DNA of 64,000 nucleotides from NCBI GenBank assembly GCA_964615915.1, contig CAZTSQ010000002.1, positions 25,119 to 89,118 on the forward strand, in the 5' to 3' direction. Origin of the DNA: an uncultured Sangeribacter sp. (lineage in GTDB: Bacteria > Bacteroidota > Bacteroidia > Bacteroidales > Muribaculaceae). Of this stretch, positions 60,064 to 64,000 are shown one piece after another (positions within the stretch are counted from its first letter, which is position 1; each line of letters begins with the position of its first letter). The notes under the pieces are model-generated. The model did no database searches and was not told the DNA's origin. It saw only the letters and a program-made list of their open reading frames with translations. Position numbers and translations under genes: made by a program.

Positions 60064-61703
60064 TTGCAGATTGAATTGAAGGTTTTGGTTACGCGGGTCT
60101 TACCGTTGCTGAGAGTCTCGCGACGGATGATGAAACCCTCTTCGTCACCGTTGAGTTTGCGGCCTGCGAAGTCGTAATATTCCACATTTACAACCTCTTC
60201 TGCGTCGACAGTTGCAACACCACTTCCCTGAAGCTGACCGTCTACAATTTCGTAGGTGTTCTTTTCAGACGGAATATAGGTGGAGCCGAACTGGTAATAG
60301 CTCTGTACGCTCAGGCTATGCTCGGGCTTTTGGAGAGTCTGAAGTTGGTGAGTGGTTCCGGAAACAGTCAGAGAGGTTGCGATGGAAGCATCCTGGAACT
60401 GGCCGTAGAAAGGCAGATAGGTAGCTCCGTAGAACTCGAGAGGTTTCTCGTCAAACCAAATCTGGTAGTAGATGTTCTCCTGAGGAATGAACTTACCGTC
60501 TACACTTTCATAGGGAACGACGATAGTGGTCATACTACCGGCGAGACCGAAGGCCTCATATTCCTTAAGATCGAGATAGAAGGTCACTTCGGGAGCTGCG
60601 GGAACTTCAAGAGTCGGTTCCCATGGCATATACAGAGGTGCGGGGAAGGGAGCGGATGCGTCGCCCTTCTTGTCCGGATTTGAGCTGAAGAGAAGAAGCT
60701 GAGAAGTAGAGTACGAATCGTTTTCCTCATCAAAAGAGAAGACGATGTCCTTGCCGGCTTCAACAGTATAGTCGATCACCTCATACTCCATTCCGGTCAT
60801 AGGATCGACCTCGGTCCGTGTGAACTGTTTGCCGGTCACCAGATAGAGGGGATAACCGCTTCCGGCTCCGATGTACTGCGGAGTCTTGACTACTACTGAT
60901 CCGTCTTCCTGCATAGTGCCTTTATACCATGCGTCGGGAACTCCGACAGGATCCGAGAAGTAGAGATCGTAATCCTTGAAGGCGATTACCGCAGACTGTT
61001 TCATGCGATCGTTGGGAAGTCCGAACTCCATATAGTAAGAGCCGTCTTCGGCATCGGCCGGAAGAACAACCGGTTTGTCCTTGATCTTCTTGACAGAGAT
61101 GTTTTTGTCGCCGTATCCGTAGAAGTTGCCCTGAATATCAGTCAGAGCGAGAAGGCCGCCGTCTGTCTGGGTGAGTTCCCCGTCTATATAGGAGAAGACG
61201 AGATCAGTGTTTCCCTCAACAGGTTTGCCTGTCTGCGCGTCAACGCGGGTAGCGTAGAGCATGATGACATTACCGGGCTGGGGCTCGTTGAGCATGTAGG
61301 CCTGAGGAGTCTGGAAAATAACCTTGGTGCCATCTTCCGATATCTCGCCCTTGATCCAGGCCTGAGCGATTTCAGAAAGCGCAGTGAGCGGAGAGGCGAT
61401 GTACATTGTGTTGCCTACCGTGACAATGGTAGGAACGAAGCCTGATACCTCTGCCCAAGCCAGCCCGCCGTTGCCGGGATAGCATGCTTCAGAGCTCCAA
61501 AGAACTTCGGTCATGCGTTCGCCTTCGGGAACCATTGTGAGGATGTCGTTGGTCACGGGTGTCATTTTAGACATTCCGCTGCGGGCCATCATTTTCATGG
61601 TCCCTTCTGTCGCTTTGGCGTGACGCGGAGCGATGGTCAGGTTGTTGCCTGCGTAAGACGCAGTCGACAGGAGCAACGCTCCTAAAAGTATTATGTGTTT
61701 CAT
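60060..61703 (-). CDS. Secreted beta-rich hypothetical protein with T9SS-type C-terminal signal
   Basis: Signal peptide; VPAAP linker; tail SGVATV..YYDFAGRKL..GFIIRR..GKTRVTK. Confidence 0.75.
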   Translation of the reverse strand: MKHIILLGALLLSTASYAGNNLTIAPRHAKATEGTMKMMARSGMSKMTPVTNDILTMVPEGERMTEVLWSSEACYPGNGGLAWAEVSGFVPTIVTVGNTMYIASPLTALSEIAQAWIKGEISEDGTKVIFQTPQAYMLNEPQPGNVIMLYATRVDAQTGKPVEGNTDLVFSYIDGELTQTDGGLLALTDIQGNFYGYGDKNISVKKIKDKPVVLPADAEDGSYYMEFGLPNDRMKQSAVIAFKDYDLYFSDPVGVPDAWYKGTMQEDGSVVVKTPQYIGAGSGYPLYLVTGKQFTRTEVDPMTGMEYEVIDYTVEAGKDIVFSFDEENDSYSTSQLLLFSSNPDKKGDASAPFPAPLYMPWEPTLEVPAAPEVTFYLDLKEYEAFGLAGSMTTIVVPYESVDGKFIPQENIYYQIWFDEKPLEFYGATYLPFYGQFQDASIATSLTVSGTTHQLQTLQKPEHSLSVQSYYQFGSTYIPSEKNTYEIVDGQLQGSGVATVDAEEVVNVEYYDFAGRKLNGDEEGFIIRRETLSNGKTRVTKTFNSICK

Positions 61704-61751
61704 GAGTTGATTTTATGGAAGCAAGTAGATTATTCCTGTTGATTCATTAGA

Positions 61752-63500
61752 TCAACGATTCATTATTTTCCGGACCTTTCCGTCGGCAGAAACTTTGATT
61801 ACGAGTCCCTTGGTGTCCGGAGTTACTTTCTGACCGCTGATATCAAAGTAGCGATCAATGGCAGACGAAGCCTCTGCTACTTCATTTACAGAAGACGGAG
61901 CGGGAACTTCGAGACGAACGGAAGCGACATTTTCCACGACGTTGTTTGCGATCACTTCGCTGTCTCGGTTGGCAATGAAAGCAACGAAGCTGATGTCGGA
62001 TCTCTTCCAGCTCGGATCGAGAGTAATCGTGAACTGGCGCGAGGCATTACCATTTTCGAAGGTCAGTTCTTCGCCCCAGCTGCCATTGTCGGTTCTGATT
62101 ACGTGCTGATGATAATAGTCGGCACCGGCGCCCTGCTGATATTGCGCCTTGACATTGTCTTCAAGAGTATAGAAGACCAGGCGGGGATCAGTAGCGTTAA
62201 ACTCAGAATCGGTTATCACGTTCACATCAATCACGATGGAACCCTCTGATTTATCGACGATGCTGAGGCCGACCATAGCATGAGCAGGGATCGCCAAAGC
62301 CTTTTCGATACAGTCTTTGATATCCTCTTCGCTTCTAAGGGCCACGATGGGTTCTTCTTTGGCCATTGTCAAACCTTTCTTGAAGGTCGGAATGCGGTTG
62401 AACATTGCCGAGGGAGCGTAAACCTGTCCTTCGGGTCCGAACATCCAGAGAAGGTCGGTGTCACACTCGCGGGTAAGGAAGTCTGTTCCTACTGTCGAGT
62501 GGTGGCAAACGGGTACGGTGTGAGATGCATAGAAGGGATCCTCAAGAACCGAGTGTACCATCCGAGCTCCTTCCGGACAGTTTGGACACTGTTCGGTGGT
62601 GAACTCTTCGAGAAGAACGTTGCGCGAGAAGACAACCGTTGCGACAGCGGCGTTGTCTGTTGTGTCTGCATCCTTGCCCTCGTTAAGAGATGATATGGAG
62701 ACGGTTACTTCGCCATTAATAGTCTTGTCGGCTTTAACCTTGGCTGAGAACGACAGAGTCTTTCCCGGCTCAATGTCGAGGTTAACTTTTCCTTTGCCTG
62801 ATTCAACACTTCCTTCTGAGACTGTCACCTCGAAGCCGCTGATTTTCTTCATGCCGACGTTCGAAACGGTACCGGAGACCACATAGCAGTTTTCGCCTTC
62901 AGATGGATCGGGAGAGATTTCAGCTCTGTTGAGCGAAAGGTTGTATTTAGGGAGATTAGAGCCGGTAATGATAGCTTCGATGCTGAGCACGCCTCGAGAG
63001 GTCATGTCTTCCCACTTGCCGTTTTCGGAGGTCTTAAGCCATGTGGTGAAGTCACCTGCTTCGCCGAGAATCGAAACCGGATGAGATGAACCTGTATTCT
63101 GGTAGTTGAAGCCGATGTACAGGCCCGGGCAGTCGGTTTCAATTGTATAGGACTTTTCGAGAGTTACTTCGTTCCACCCCAGCTTTCCGCGTTCAATTGA
63201 ACCTGATGCGAGGTTGTCGCCGTCAAGATTCTTGCGAACCCAGACAGTCACTTCGCGTACGTTTATTCGGCTTATGAGGCCCACGTCGATGCGTGTGATC
63301 TCATTGCCGGCGAGACTCTTCAAGCGCGTTCCGGGGATGAACATAGCCGCGGAGATCTCTCCCGGGGAGTCGGAGCCGAAGCCGCTTCCTCCGGCGATCT
63401 TGTGATCACACTCACTGAGTGTGAACGTCTGGGCCGACACGCTGATCGAGGTCAAGGCAACGAAGAGGATCGCCAAAATATGATAGAGTGATTTTCTCAT
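61752..63500 (-). CDS. Omp28-related thioredoxin-fold secreted protein with T9SS-type tail
   Basis: NVLLEEFTTEQCPNCP (CxxC), APSAMFNR, YHQHVIR; tail YFDISGQKV..KVRKIMNR. Confidence 0.85.
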   Translation of the reverse strand: MRKSLYHILAILFVALTSISVSAQTFTLSECDHKIAGGSGFGSDSPGEISAAMFIPGTRLKSLAGNEITRIDVGLISRINVREVTVWVRKNLDGDNLASGSIERGKLGWNEVTLEKSYTIETDCPGLYIGFNYQNTGSSHPVSILGEAGDFTTWLKTSENGKWEDMTSRGVLSIEAIITGSNLPKYNLSLNRAEISPDPSEGENCYVVSGTVSNVGMKKISGFEVTVSEGSVESGKGKVNLDIEPGKTLSFSAKVKADKTINGEVTVSISSLNEGKDADTTDNAAVATVVFSRNVLLEEFTTEQCPNCPEGARMVHSVLEDPFYASHTVPVCHHSTVGTDFLTRECDTDLLWMFGPEGQVYAPSAMFNRIPTFKKGLTMAKEEPIVALRSEEDIKDCIEKALAIPAHAMVGLSIVDKSEGSIVIDVNVITDSEFNATDPRLVFYTLEDNVKAQYQQGAGADYYHQHVIRTDNGSWGEELTFENGNASRQFTITLDPSWKRSDISFVAFIANRDSEVIANNVVENVASVRLEVPAPSSVNEVAEASSAIDRYFDISGQKVTPDTKGLVIKVSADGKVRKIMNR

Positions 63501-63510
63501 GTCGTTGGTC

Positions 63511-63999
63511 TTATCTGATGATTATTTTTTTGCCTTCTGAGATATAGACACCCTTCGGGAGTGAGCTGCGGTCTGCGCCTGCCTGAAGAACCAGTCTACC
63601 GTCGATCGAGTAAACAGCGCCGGTAAATTCTTCTTCGGCGATGTCTTCGACAGCTGCCGGATCCAGGATGCGGAGGAAACCGTCGGTCAAAGTGATGTCG
63701 TCACCTTTGAGGGAGCCCATCGAGACCTTGATTACGTAATCGCCGGGCTTTGAATCTGCCTTGGCCTCACAGCTGAGCTCAGGCTCGCCCGTGACATATT
63801 CGCCGTAAATGCGGTAGGTCAACTCGGGGTTGGCCTCACCTTGCTTGCGGACAATGTTGTTGGCCATGACGTTTGTTCCGAATTCAGCGACGTTGTCAAA
63901 GGCGAAGAACTTGCCCCATTCGCCAGAGCGCATATATGCGTCGGGAGTGCCGGCTGGTACGAGAAGGGTAGTATAGCCGGGATCAAGTGTGGCGAAGGC
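63511..63999 (-). CDS. C-terminal part of a BspA-type LRR surface protein with an MBG-like domain and T9SS-type tail (5'-truncated)
   Basis: Frame open to the window end: TLLVPAGTPDAY..GEWGKF (LRR cap), GEANPELTY...SKPGDYVI (MBG-like), VYSIDGRLV..LPKGVYI..GKKIIIR. Confidence 0.72.
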   Translation of the reverse strand, partial: AFATLDPGYTTLLVPAGTPDAYMRSGEWGKFFAFDNVAEFGTNVMANNIVRKQGEANPELTYRIYGEYVTGEPELSCEAKADSKPGDYVIKVSMGSLKGDDITLTDGFLRILDPAAVEDIAEEEFTGAVYSIDGRLVLQAGADRSSLPKGVYISEGKKIIIR

Positions 64000-64000
64000 A

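Overview
This window is Bacteroidales chromosomal DNA, probably Muribaculaceae-like. The evidence is the TAnnTTTG -7 promoter boxes, T9SS C-terminal signals and Bacteroides-type gene content. It holds about 54 CDSs and is mostly housekeeping. In order: a partial TolC-type efflux channel with a divergent lpxA paralog; a TrmH-family methyltransferase and an MFS transporter; LysM-porin-cdsA; sodB-rsfS-ftsH; a plsC-thiD-thiS-thiE-like-thiE-thiG-thiC-thiH cluster; rprXY, mscS, a clostripain and DUF5686; a ROK/GH29/CutC/transglutaminase operon; thiF and glnA; two AAA-ATPase/PD-(D/E)XK paralogs around a TetR; trxA; mreBCD-mrdA-rodA; gyrA and clpC; and a T9SS-cargo operon containing a DUF4105/Lnb-like gene. 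I saw no rRNA, tRNA, CRISPR array or transposase. The most interesting leads are: (1) the transglutaminase-fold protein has a Png1-like (peptide:N-glycanase) GRCGE...HxWxE core and is co-transcribed with a fucosidase, CutC and a sugar kinase, suggesting an N-glycopeptide core-processing module; (2) several unrelated GTAG-type REP-like palindrome families concentrate in the 33.5-40.4 kb region around the AAA-nuclease paralogs; (3) a recurring ECF-type promoter (nAAC-N16/17-YGTT) lies upstream of sodB, trxA, clpC, the MFS gene and unknown genes; (4) the mreB leader carries a 4x23-bp hairpin array; (5) the thiamine operon has no visible TPP riboswitch. All functional calls come from motif recognition by eye; no database searches were run.
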